A stretch of 63,450 nucleotides of DNA, the filler included, from Octopus bimaculoides (Eukaryota): NCBI RefSeq assembly GCF_001194135.2. It is 6 parts of 6 records of this genome, joined end to end, with 100 filler letters (N's around TTAATTAATTAA, not from the genome) between each part and the next. Parts side by side here need not be neighbours in the genome. Positions count along the whole stretch, not along the records: positions 1 to 20,793 come from NC_068981.1; 5 more parts are not named here. The stretch is one strand, 5' to 3'. The notes under the pieces were generated by a model, which was given only the letters and a program-made list of their open reading frames with translations, was not told the DNA's origin and did not search any database. Below are positions 1 to 10,800 of the stretch, piece after piece (within the stretch, counting starts at the first letter, position 1; every line of letters starts with the position of its first letter). The translations under genes and the position numbers were made by a program.

Positions 1-33
<33 letters not shown>

Positions 34-1035
34 TGTTACCTCTAACCAACCACACTTCCTGTTCTGCTCCCCAGGGCCCACCCTGACACCTCGTCACCAC
101 CATCTTCAGCCCTCTTTCCAGCTCTACAGATTACTCTCACCCACTCTTGTATAATGTGAGCAGCCATGTATCTCCTCAACAGCAAGAAACCTGTCCCAGT
201 CCCTTCCTTCATAGACTAACTTGTCACCACTTTGCATAAAACTACCTCCCTCTCTACTGTAACCCCAGTCAGTCAATGAGGATCTTAGCCTTACATGCTA
301 CATAGCAATCTCCCCTTCTACTTCAACCCACTCAAGTGAGGAGTCTTCTTCTTTCCCTTTATCTTGCAAGTTATTCAGAGACCCAAGCAGCACTCTGCCA
401 AGTGGTTGGCTTAAAGAAAGGGATCCAACCATAGAAACCATACCAAAGCAAACATTCAAGCTAGACATAGTCTTCTGACTTGTCAGATCCTGTTAAACGG
501 TTTAATTCATGGAATACAAACATTTGTTTGATTGTATGTGTGTGGGAGAGAGAGAGAGAGAGAGCATAAATCATCATCAGTTTAATGTCTACTTTTCCAT
601 GTTTGCATGGGTTAGGCAGAGGCAGATTTTTTTACAGTCAGACGTTCTTCCTGTCACCAAGCAAGCTAATATTTCCCCATAACCAGATATGTTTCCACAG
701 AATATTGGAAATGAATGACACTGGTTGTATGACAGTGACACTCATTTACAATTATCATGTGATAAACACACACACATACATTAAAAGTATAACTGAATAC
801 AGAAACAATAACATATTAAAATGAATGCAATTGATATTTCTTTCAAATAATATTAAAAAAAAAAGGTAACCTGGATAATTTAATTTAATGTATTTTTGAA
901 TTATAAAATATGATTTGAGATTTCATAACAAAGTGTTTGAAATCAAAATAATGCAGTCAAGATGGAGTAAAAAAGACATGAAGAAATGGCATAGTTTTGT
1001 AGTGTCTGATTCTTAAATAGTCTTGGTTGTTACAT

Positions 1036-1310
1036 TTAACTAACTAAACCAAGGAAATCGTCCATAAGTGTTCCAATAGCAAAAATATCTTTTGCATCTA
1101 CTCTGGTACCAACAATTTTGATACGTATTTCATCTTCCTGTTGGATAACAACATCTTCATCTTTGGTTTTATAACAGTGCGGATTTGAATTAGGATCAAA
1201 TTCCATATCAGCAGGAATAGAATGTCGGGAGATAAAACATGACAAAGGTCCAATATCAGTAAATAAGCCAACTTTGTTCACTTGGGTTACAACTGCATCA
1301 AACACCTCTC
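1036..1310 (-). CDS. POLR2G: RNA polymerase II subunit RPB7, coding exon 2 of 2
   Basis: Acceptor TTTAG ends at 1311. Translation (G)[32 protein letters not shown]...[12 protein letters not shown] matches the RPB7 C-terminal half. 244+275 nt = 172 aa plus stop, the canonical RPB7 length. Confidence 0.97.
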
Positions 1311-2152
1311 CTAAATGTGATGGGAGAGAAAAAAGAAAAAGAAAGAATTATTAAATTTAAAATTTTTCTAATTATGGTTTGAAAAGATTACAATATATTT
1401 TAAATGTATAAAATATTCTGAATAAATTTACAATAATGTATAACCTAGATGTTTAGTTTAGTAATGGAATTCTGACGACTATGACAGACGATTCTCGTCT
1501 GCTACAACCTGTGTGTGCTTTTATGCACTAAGTGCTATTATGAGGATTGGTGGCAACAAAGGTAACAAAATCAGGGTGGATGAGAAAAAGAACAATCTGA
1601 TTCTTCAACCCACTAAAATTTTCTTCTAAATTTTATCAACATGGTTGTAATCTAAACCCATGAAAATGTATTCCTGCAAAATTTCATGTGAGAAAAATAC
1701 ACATTTTTCTGAAAATTATGAGGAAACAGTTGAGGGGCACCAGTCTGTTGTTGTAGTCAAATCTATCCATAAGACAACAGTGGGAAAACGATAAATATGG
1801 ACGACTTGTTCCGAAACACCCCCGAGTGGGAACGGTCCTCAAAAGTAACCCCCCACCCCACCCCAATTGTTTTCTACCAAAATTCCTATGTTCTCGGAAT
1901 CTACATAGTCCGAGGTATATTTGTAGAAAATTTCGTTAAAAAATATCTATTTCTTGAAAGTTAAGACGAATTGAAGTGGACGCCGGTGAATTTTCCGAAA
2001 TTCAACACCCCACCCCCTCCTAAAACACTTTCTCACAAAAGTTTTGGGTATTCGGAATCTACATGATATAACNNNNNNNNNNATCCAAATTCGGGGGAGG
2101 GGCAGGAATCTGTAGTTATGCCAAAAATACCTAAGGAACGAGAACCAAGGAA

Positions 2153-2431
2153 TGGGTTCAAAATTCGGTAATCTTCAAGTTTAGGTGGGTAAAAAAAAAA
2201 ATTAAAATATTCAAGGGAAGTAACTGAACGTCTTACCAGTATTCTCCGTACATCTCTGTTTATAAATAAATCACACACGTGATTTGATTGACGTTAGGGT
2301 TAGGGTGTGATTTATCTATAAACAGCTAGAAGAAAACGGATAATACTGGTAAGTCGTTCAGTTATTTCCCTTGAATACTTTTATTTACTTTTTTTACCCC
2401 ACTAAACTTGAAGATTACCCAAAATTCTACC
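2153..2431. mobile_element. Foldback/MITE-like element with ~110-bp inverted arms around a TTAGGG-containing loop, in the RPB7 intron
   Basis: Arm 2167-2276 is the near reverse complement of 2305-2419; the loop region contains TTAGGGTTAGGG. Confidence 0.7.
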
Positions 2432-2433
2432 AG

Positions 2434-2480
2434 GACACCTGATTGAAGGCTGGAGAGTAAATCAGCCGAAACGTTGTGGT
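2434..2480 (+). ncRNA. Type I minimal hammerhead ribozyme motif (PLE-type) with a 1-nt core insertion
   Basis: GACAC-CTGATTGA-A-GGCTG(loop)CAGCC-GAAAC-GTT-GTGGT: 5-bp stem II, palindromic AACGTT stem III, CAC/GTG stem I. Extra T in the CUGANGA core. Confidence 0.6.
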
Positions 2481-3100
2481 AACAACAAACAAAATGAGAA
2501 CACATATCCGTCTAATGTAAATAAATGAAAAATTCGAAATTGGGGGAGGCGTGAAACTTAAGCCCTTTATTAAACTTTATAACATTAATTATTAAACATA
2601 TGATTTGTTTCTCATAAGATGGTGTATACCAAACCCTAACAACCTAGTGAAGATCGTGCGGGTGATCTGAAAAATTACCTTAAAAAGAACTTTTTTTGCA
2701 TATTCCTAATCTCCGACAGTTAAAACGTAGTAATCCAAAAAATTTTTGGTAAATTATTTTCAAAACAAAAAGGATTTTTCAAGGAGGTGCGATTTGTATA
2801 TCTAGGACTACTGTCCAGTGTGATTTGAGTGAATGTAGCTATTGTTTTTCGTAGGCCGAGCGGCTGTGCAGATGGCTTCTAGCTATTTCTCGTTCTTAAA
2901 AGTTTTTTTTAGCAGTAGGTGTGAATTGAATTGATAATAAATACCCATTATATTTATGATGATATCACAAGGAAGCCTTCAGTGTTAATTCATATAAATC
3001 TGTTTAAACATATAATTAAATGCATTTCTATTTAAACAAATAATATCAAACTTCCATTAGAAATAATACGATAGAAATTATAGTGAATATACCAAACTAC

Positions 3101-3344
3101 CTTTAAATGGTCTGAAGACGATCGCTTTGTATTTAACAGGATAAACAACAAAACCTCTACTGGGTTGAATCAGTCCTGCACCAATGTTATCGATCGATGT
3201 GACAGCAATAACAAATCCATATTTCCCTGTACAGGTTCCTTCCACTTCTGTAAATAATTTCTTTCGTACAATGTTTAGTAGATTGGGGCCAAAGTATCGA
3301 GGATGAAGTAGAATTTCGTGTTCTAATGACACATGGTAAAACAT
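3101..3344 (-). CDS. POLR2G: RNA polymerase II subunit RPB7, coding exon 1 of 2
   Basis: ATG at 3344; [23 protein letters not shown]...[10 protein letters not shown] is the RPB7 N-terminus. Donor AAAG|GTAGTT at 3101/3100 is phase 1 and joins exon 2 in frame. Confidence 0.97.
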
Positions 3345-3864
3345 TCTGCGAGGTAAGTTAATAAATCAAATGGAGAAAATCCCGCTGTTGTATAAATATG
3401 CTATGTACGTCACAAAAATGTGCGTGCTGACTCTGAATAGATTTGAGCTAAACGTTTCATTCTTTGTGCTTCCGTCTCTATACCGGTCTTGAATCCTTGA
3501 CCTGATTTTGATTCTCATGCTTTCCATTTCTTTAGAAAAAAAAAGCATAGCCACAACTCTCTTGTTCTCCCTATTCGTTCATATGTAATCTCTGTTTGGC
3601 GCAACTTTTGTTGATGTCTTAGTATGTTTTGGCATAAAACATTTGCAGTATTTGTGCAAACTCTTTACTTTCTGAGTTAAATCCTACAGAGGTTAAATTT
3701 GCCTAATTGATCCACCCCATTACTAGATACCTTTGTCATCACTTTGTCATCAATCCTTCAATAATTATGATCCATGACATTACCGTTCGTTTTCCTCTTC
3801 GACCTGCTTCCTCCATTATTCCTCTACCAACATTTAACTCCTTTCAAAATCATCTTAGCGTAAT

Positions 3865-4074
3865 CGATGCCAGTGCCGTCTGACTAGCCCGTGCCGTGGC
3901 ACGTAAAAAGCACCCACTACACTCTCGAAGTGGTTGGAGTTAGGAAGGGCATCCAGTTGTAGAAACCTGTCCAGATCAGATTGGAGCCTGGTGCAGCCTC
4001 CTGGCTTACCAGTCCTCAGTCAAACCCATGCCAGCATGGAAAGCGGGCGTTAAACGATGATGACGATGATGATT
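3865..4074 (+). mobile_element. 3' end of the abundant RTE-LINE 3'-UTR element with (GAT)n tail
   Basis: Contains GGCACGTAAAAAGCACCC, TTAGGAAGGGCATCCAG and CATGCCAGCATGGAAAGC...(GAT)n; the same sequence follows the RTE ORF at 42540-42832 and 47942-48590. Confidence 0.75.
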
Positions 4075-4825
4075 TCTTCCATCATACTTTAAAATCTACT
4101 TTTCCACACCCTGCGATCTGCAAAACGACCTAACTCCTGCTTATGCCACGAAAAAAAAAAACACCAAGCACGCTCTGTAAAATAGAAACCATACCAAATT
4201 TGAAACATTAGAGCAAGGTGTGTCTTTACAACCTGTTGAACCGTCCAACCTATGCCAGCGTGGAAAACGGGCGTAAAAAATAATAATAATAGTCCTTTCT
4301 AAAAAAGGCACAAGGCCAGGATTTCTTGTGGGAGGGGACTAGTCGATTACATCGACCCCAGTATTTCACTGGTACTTAACTTATCGACACCTCGAAAGGA
4401 TGAAAAGCAAGACCCTATGAGACCCTACAAATATCATAGTGACAGATCGTTTCCTTTCAAATGTTTATCCGGGTGAACTCGTCTCCAACAATTTATCTAT
4501 GTGGTTGTATGCATATGTATGTGTAGTTGTATGTGTGCGTGTGTTTGGTTGTAGATGAATTGTATCCGTAAATAAATTGCTGTAGATGAATTGTAGAAAA
4601 ATTCGTCGGTACCGTTTATCCGTAGCTTGTCATTTCTGTATTCTGAGTTAGGCTGTAAATTTGATCTACCATTATTATATCCGAATTATAATAGAATATT
4701 TATCTAATTATTAGACATAGATCATATAGAGATTTTAAAGGCACACACATATACATAGGATGGATAATGATTACGAACAGAATACTTCATTTTTAAGTAT
4801 ATGTGACAAATAAAATAACTGAAGC

Positions 4826-4840
4826 AAAAAAGAACAAAAA
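4826..4840 (-). terminator. RNA polymerase III oligo(T) terminator of the tRNA gene
   Basis: T5 (4840-4836) and T6 (4831-4826) on the minus strand, starting 6 nt after the tRNA 3' end. Confidence 0.85.
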
Positions 4841-4846
4841 GAGCTG

Positions 4847-4919
4847 CGACCACGACGAGACTCGAACTCGCAATCTTCTGATTCGAAGTCAGACGCCTTA
4901 TCCATTAGGCCACGCGGCC
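4847..4919 (-). tRNA. tRNA-Arg(TCG): tRNA-Arg, anticodon UCG, 73 nt, intronless
   Basis: GGCCGCGTGGCCTAATGGATAAGGCGTCTGACTTCGAATCAGAAGATTGCGAGTTCGAGTCTCGTCGTGGTCG folds into a full cloverleaf: 7-bp acceptor stem with two G-U pairs, TCTGA/TCAGA anticodon stem, TTCGAGT T-loop, A and B boxes, G discriminator. Confidence 0.97.
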
Positions 4920-5857
4920 ACCCTGTCAAAGACTGCGGAAATTATTACTAATATATTATAGAAAATGAATTTTTTTGCCCTTATTTTTAATTGTTTCGTA
5001 AATTTTTTTGTTGTTTCCTGAGAGTCACATAATATGCTGTCATTTCGCACGAAATCATCTTATTTATGCCAAATACTGACCTAAATAGCTTTCTATTTTG
5101 TTCATATAAGATTTTTCCGTAACGATTTATCAGGTGTTGTTCAGCATTTTTAAAATGCATTGGAAATAAAAATGAAGTTGTAACTTTTATTAATTAGAGT
5201 ATATTTACGATTATTAATTTATTTCTCTTCTGTTTTGAAATAATTCTACATAATTCCGATCGTTCGGTAGCTTTCCGAGATTCCCGCGAGATTTCATTAT
5301 AGAACGCAAATACGAACATGGGAGAAACTTCCCTTAGTAATTTGTTTGATTTGTTAAACCTTAAAAATTGCTATTATTTCCTCTCGCACAGCATATATAT
5401 GTGTGCTGATTTGTAATTTATATATAATTTGACATTAACAGAATTAAAAATAATTGAAGACTGTCTTGATCTCTGAGAAAGTTAAGAATTTGTATAAGAT
5501 ACTTTATATAGACTATTATTTAGTGAAAAAGCAGAATTTACATGAGAGCAAAACCATGGGCTTGTAACATAAGCCCAGAAGCTAAAGATATAGCAATAAG
5601 GTCAAATATAAACAATAGGGGAAAGACAGTAGCTGATCGCAATGATTTCACCCACAAACATCGCAAAGCTGACTTCTAATTTTTAAACGTAGATCGATCG
5701 ACTCGGCTAAATCGAAGATCGATTTTATCTGTAACATTTGTGTAACGTGGGGTGTACCGACCGGACAGGGCAGCCACTTATACGTTTCCGCTGTAATCGA
5801 AGATATATGTAAGGAAGTAGATGGCCAAAATCCAACAACGCCACTGACCCATAAACA

Positions 5858-6177
5858 TATCTTTTAACTGTTTCCGTCACTGGACTGCGACACCCGTTCT
5901 TATTTTTTTAAAGTCTGGTACTTATTTTATCGCTCTCTTTTTCTGAACTGCTAGTTACGGTGACGTAAAACCAACACCGGTTATCAAGCCAGGGTGGGAC
6001 AACAAAGTCACACACACACACGACGTAGTTCCAGTTTTCGTTTACCAAATTCACTTACAAGACATTAGTTAGTCTAGAGCCTTAGTCGAAGATTGTTGTC
6101 TAAGGTGCCAACTGTGGGGACTGAAACCAAAGCTAAATGGTTGCAAAGCAAGCTTAACCGTAGAGTCTTGCCTCTGC
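5858..6177 (-). mobile_element. SINE family A (tRNA head, CORE-like segment, internal microsatellite, GACTGAAACAAGTAAAAG tail), degenerate copy
   Basis: Homologous to the full-length copies at 15291-15661 and 33232-33619. Confidence 0.6.
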
Positions 6178-6299
6178 TTGTAATACCGAGGGTTTTTTTT
6201 TTTTGTTTTGTTTTGTTTATGTGTGTATAATTTGTTCCTTTATGTCAATTTCTCATTCGTTTTGTAACTATGCTTAAAGAGGGTTTCAAAACAACTTTG

Positions 6300-7100
6300 C
6301 AGAATATCTATAACAATGTCAGAAACTTTTGGGACCTTGGACTAAGGCATAACACTGGCGAGGTCAGGCCATGTTTCAATGGTGTCTGCAATAAGGGCAA
6401 AGTAAGATCCACTCAATTTTATATTGTGAACTTTTATCTATCAATATATATAAATTGTTAATAAAAGGCCTTAGGTTTTTTGTAGGGTTTACACTGAAAT
6501 AACTGATAGTGCTAAAGGGGTCATTATGTATGCAAGGAAGACCCTCTTCTGATAAAAGGTCAGTCCAGTCAAGCTATTGGACCCACACAGTTTGTTTGAC
6601 ATGAAAATGTCAAAGAAACAGCAGCACAAAGAACTGCAATTTCATAAGTATTAAATGCTTTAAATAAGAAATTCCCCTCTACTATCTTTGGCTTGTACAT
6701 AAACGTTATGCTGGCTATACCAAAGGGTGCCAGTGGAGCCAATCTAAACAAGGGCATCATCCAAACTTAACTTTTTAGACATGATATTAGAATTTGGTAA
6801 TGATTCATAGAGGCCCTTCAGTATGTCTAATGAAAAACTCACCTACATGCACATAGTCTTTCACCCCACTTCAGTTTTTGATAACCTAGTAAAAAGCTTC
6901 AGAAGAATCTCAAACCTGTCCTTTAGTAAGGAGACATTTGGCAAGAATATATTCAGTAGCATCAGCACTTTACATTCAATCCTGGACATGAAGATGAGGC
7001 AAGATTTTGGCATCAATTAGTAATTATTCTGTATTTTAGTGATAACAGTTATCATGTGGAGGGTATCCCATTTAATGGTGTCAGGTTACAAATGAGTTCG
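6300..7100 (-). mobile_element. Possible highly decayed non-LTR (CR1/L2-like) reverse transcriptase relic
   Basis: Only weak motif echoes (LIDAKI resembling ADDxKI; LFKAFNTYE resembling the LYKxYVRP region) among many stops. A protein HMM search is needed. Confidence 0.2.
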
Positions 7101-7174
7101 TGTAACCAACCTGAGTAGGCTATAATCTCTATGGGCAACAGGTATTGTATTTCCAGCCATTGTGTGGAGCATAG

Positions 7175-7850
7175 CTAGGCCTGGGGTGGTATATTTCGGT
7201 TAGATGAAGGCCTGAAGTTCATTAACAGAGCATATTTCTGGTGGCAACTATTGGTAGATACTACAGGCTGGAAGAGTTGGTGCAGTTTCTTGTGGAGGCA
7301 GAGTAGGCAATCACAAACTCCAGGTAAACAAGGAGAGACTTTATCAAGGATGCTCCATGTGATGTTGGGGAAGTTGTTTTGATGGTCCCAGATTCTCCAG
7401 ATGAAGTGGAACAGAGAGGTGAAGTTTTCATGGTTCCTACACCTGAAAGAGTGCATGTGTTTGTGTGTATATTCCATTCAAAATCATTGGCTGTCATGCC
7501 TGTAAATGTCTTGTGATGTCATCAAATGATGTGAGAGTGTTCTTCAGACAAAAGCACTTGAAAGGCCCTAGTGGGCACTTAGTAGGATCTCAATACTTAC
7601 AGATTGAAGTGTAGGATGGAGACCATGTGGCTGTTTATTTGTGTCTTGAACCATGCAATGTTGGAAGCAAATTATCTAAGCATGAGTAACTAACCTTGAG
7701 TTTTGTAAATTAAATAGCTCATATCTATGGGTGCTTGGGAAATGCTTTTTAATTAGCATCAGGAAGCTTCTAGCTACACAAATTGAAACCTCTTGATTGA
7801 ATGGAGTATTGAGTCAAATTACTTTCCTCTTTCTCTCTTCAGATATGGAA
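7175..7850 (-). mobile_element. Penelope-like element fragment: RT-endonuclease linker and GIY-YIG domain, pseudogenised
   Basis: Frameshifted motifs RKRKVI*LNTPFN, FLMLIKKHFP, KVSYSC, KCPLGPFKC and HSF...IW...ITWSILDK...CLLCL are typical of the PLE C-terminal region. Confidence 0.7.
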
Positions 7851-9110
7851 TGGAAGAGATCCTTCATTATTCACTTAATTTATTGATAAAGCCACTACTG
7901 GCTTGAGTCTTGCTCAAGGGCTGCCCTGTTGCTCATTCTGTTCCTTGATAGATTCCTCTTTTGATGCCTGTTACTAAGTTTCTAATTACAGCAGGTGTTC
8001 AGGTGGGGAGTCTATGAATATAAAGAGTTACCTCATTGAGCTTTCTATAAGGGTATGTTGTAGTGAAAATAGTTCTTCTCTCCCCACATGACAAAGTGGT
8101 ATGAAGCAGCCACTATAGAGTCAAAAGTCAGACAGTCAGTCATTGTAGGTCAGTAGAAGTAGAATCATTGTGTTAGTCTTCAATTGGAGTCAGTGTCAGT
8201 TACGTGATATATATGAGTTCGAGTTACCATCAAGGTAGACATTTCAAAATCATTGTCTTGTGGAGCTATTAGTGATAGCACGATAGATGAGTCTAGGATA
8301 ATAAGACATGGAATACCACCACAACATAATAATGGTGACAAGAATATTACAGTGCTAACAGTAACATACAAGTGGACAAGGATCTACATTATAACAGAGT
8401 AGTACTTGCCTGTCTTGAGGTTTAGGGATACATTCAGGAACTCAACATTAATAGTTTGGCTGAATTCTTGAGTTTATCTATGGTGTGGCCATTCATAATA
8501 TTTGAGATTGCCAGACCCTCATCTCTATACATGGTCAAACTATAGGGTCTGTATGTTTTCTTAGGGTATTTAGGATGATGGAAGTCACTAACCTCAGCTC
8601 CCATCATAGTTCCCCAGGTTACCTTTCATTTTTACCGAGTAGGATTCATCATGAAACCAGATATCAGGGTTGCTACTACTAATGAATTGTCTACCAAAAT
8701 CTAGGGTAATGAGAATGGATTTTTATATTGAAAGGTAGAAATCCATGATATTAACCTGGGTGAAATCAAAAGCTGCTTTATTCTTGATACCATGTAACTA
8801 GTTCATTACTGCAGCACTGAATCAATTCCTTGACCCTTCTGATATTGGAGTGGATGGCATTGAAAATACACTTACTTACTATGCATATCTTGCTCTTAAA
8901 GGAGTTGATTAGACTGGAAAGGAAGTTGGACTTGTCCTTAAGAGCAATGCTGAGAGGTCACATGACAAGGTGGTCCACATAATCCTCCAATGGTGTTTGC
9001 AAGGATTCAATGCCATATAATGGTACCTTGGAGAAGTGGCTTCTGCTGCAGCCTCAGGTGAACCAAAGCCTTATGAGTGGATTTGGCTATCAGAAACTGC
9101 AGCAAGTCTG

Positions 9111-9150
<40 letters not shown>

Positions 9151-9225
9151 CGTAAACATATATCCAAAAAAGAAGCACACTCTAAGTTATAGAGCAGTAT
9201 ATAATAAAATTAGATAAGGCTGGTT

Positions 9226-9290
9226 TATGGGATTACCTTAGGTTTCATGTCCATAAAGGGATTAGCTTTATGGCATATCATCAGATCCTA
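9226..9290 (-). ncRNA. Type I hammerhead ribozyme motif, left member of an inverted pair, near-intact
   Basis: GGAT-CTGATGA-T-ATG-CCATAAAG(7-nt loop)CTTTATGG-A-CAT-GAAAC-CTAAG-GTA^ATCC. Predicted cleavage between 9234 and 9233. Confidence 0.7.
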
Positions 9291-9320
9291 AAACTTGTTG
9301 GCTAAAGGCCTCTCTAGCAA

Positions 9321-9390
9321 ATGGAATCTGACGATTGGCCATAAAGCTAAGCCCTTTATGGACGTGATGGGAAACCTAAGGTAATCCCAT
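9321..9390 (+). ncRNA. Type I hammerhead ribozyme motif, right member of the inverted pair, stem II base disrupted
   Basis: ATGGAAT-CTGACGA-TTGG-CCATAAAG(loop)CTTTATGG-ACGTGATGG-GAAAC-CTAAG-GTA^ATCCCAT. Stem I pairs at 6 of 7 positions. Confidence 0.55.
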
Positions 9391-9415
9391 AACCTGGCAT
9401 TATCTAACTTTAATA

Positions 9416-10497
9416 TCAACATCATCGTTTAATGTCTGCTTTCCATACTGGCATGGATTTGATCATTTGACTGAGGACTGGCAAGCCAGGAGGCTGCACC
9501 AGACTCCAATCTGATTGAGCAGTGTTTCTACAGCTGGATGCCCTTCCTAACACCAACCACTCCAAGAGTGTAGTGGACACCTTTTACATGCCACTGGCAC
9601 TAGCAATGACCAAGCTCGAATGGTGCCTTTTACGTGCCAGTCAGGCAGTACTGGCATCAACCACACTCAAATAGTGCTTTTTACGTTCCACCAGCACAGG
9701 TGCCAGTCAAGCAGCATTGGCATCGGCCACGCTCAAATGGTGCTTTTTATGTGCCAGTCAGGCAGCACTGGCATTGGCCATGACTGATTTCACTTGGTTC
9801 AATAAGTCTTCATAAGTACAGTACATTGCCTGATGATTGAAGGGTACTTTTAAATGAGCCAGTTATGCAACACTGGCATCTTTGGTGTTTATTGCCTCAC
9901 ACAAACACTATCTTCCCAGTTATCCTTCCTTTGATACTGCTGCACCTCTGATGTGTCCATAGCTTACACTGGGTACATCTTACGAGTTTCTACCTTTGCC
10001 TTCTACAGATCGAGCAGGGCCATCTACCTGAAGGGATTTGTGATTTGTCTGCCTTCCTACGACTTTGGTTTTTTGCTAGGCTAACTCTTAAACTCTTTGA
10101 TTATAGACTTTGCTTCTACACCTGAAACTTCTCTCTAGTTCTGGTAGTGACTCAGCTATTAGAGCAAGGTCATCAGCATAGAAGAGCTCCCAGGGCAGCC
10201 TGTCTTGAATTTCTGTTATTGCCTGGAGGACTATGAATAAGAGGAGGCTGAGGACTGATCCTTGGTGAACCCCTACTTCTACCTTAAATTCTTCACTATA
10301 CTCACCTTACTGACAGCATCCCTGCACATGGCTTGTACAGCTCTCACCAAGCACTCAACTATCCTTAGTTTCCACATTGACCAACAGATAAGGGATCAGG
10401 GGACCCCGTCAACAAAAGCCAAGTACAGAGGTTTATCTTTGACTAGGAATTTCTCCTGCTGCTGTCTTACCAGAAAATATAGCATCATTAAATGCAA
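9416..10497 (-). mobile_element. RTE-clade LINE, 5'-truncated and internally deleted (RT core plus 3' UTR)
   Basis: Decayed frames give KPLYLAFVD, GVHQGSVLS-like and YADDL-like motifs, followed by the same 3' UTR and (GAT)n tail as other copies. Confidence 0.8.
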
Positions 10498-10800
10498 GTG
10501 AGTCATCATCTATGTGGACACATTTCTCTCCTATGATACCATGATTCTCTCACACACTGTTTTGCAATACGAAACACTTCAAGTCTCTGGTCCTCATGAA
10601 GCAGAACATTGGCAATATATATACACATACACACACACATACATACATGTACATATACATATGTGTATTGTGCAGATGTTTGCAAAAAACAAATCATCCA
10701 CTGATTTTTACCTTCAAATGTGTGAAATAAAAATTCCTTTACTTGAAAAACAGATACAGGTTAACAAAAGGAAAGGTATCTGGTTATAAAACAAGCAGCT

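Noticed and set aside
3366-3554. 62-aa ORF upstream of RPB7
   Set aside because: No recognisable homology; overlaps probable promoter or intron sequence.
7175-7850. In-frame TGA codons in the PLE fragment as selenocysteine
   Set aside because: They fall at Trp or non-Cys positions in a frameshifted relic, so simple decay explains them.
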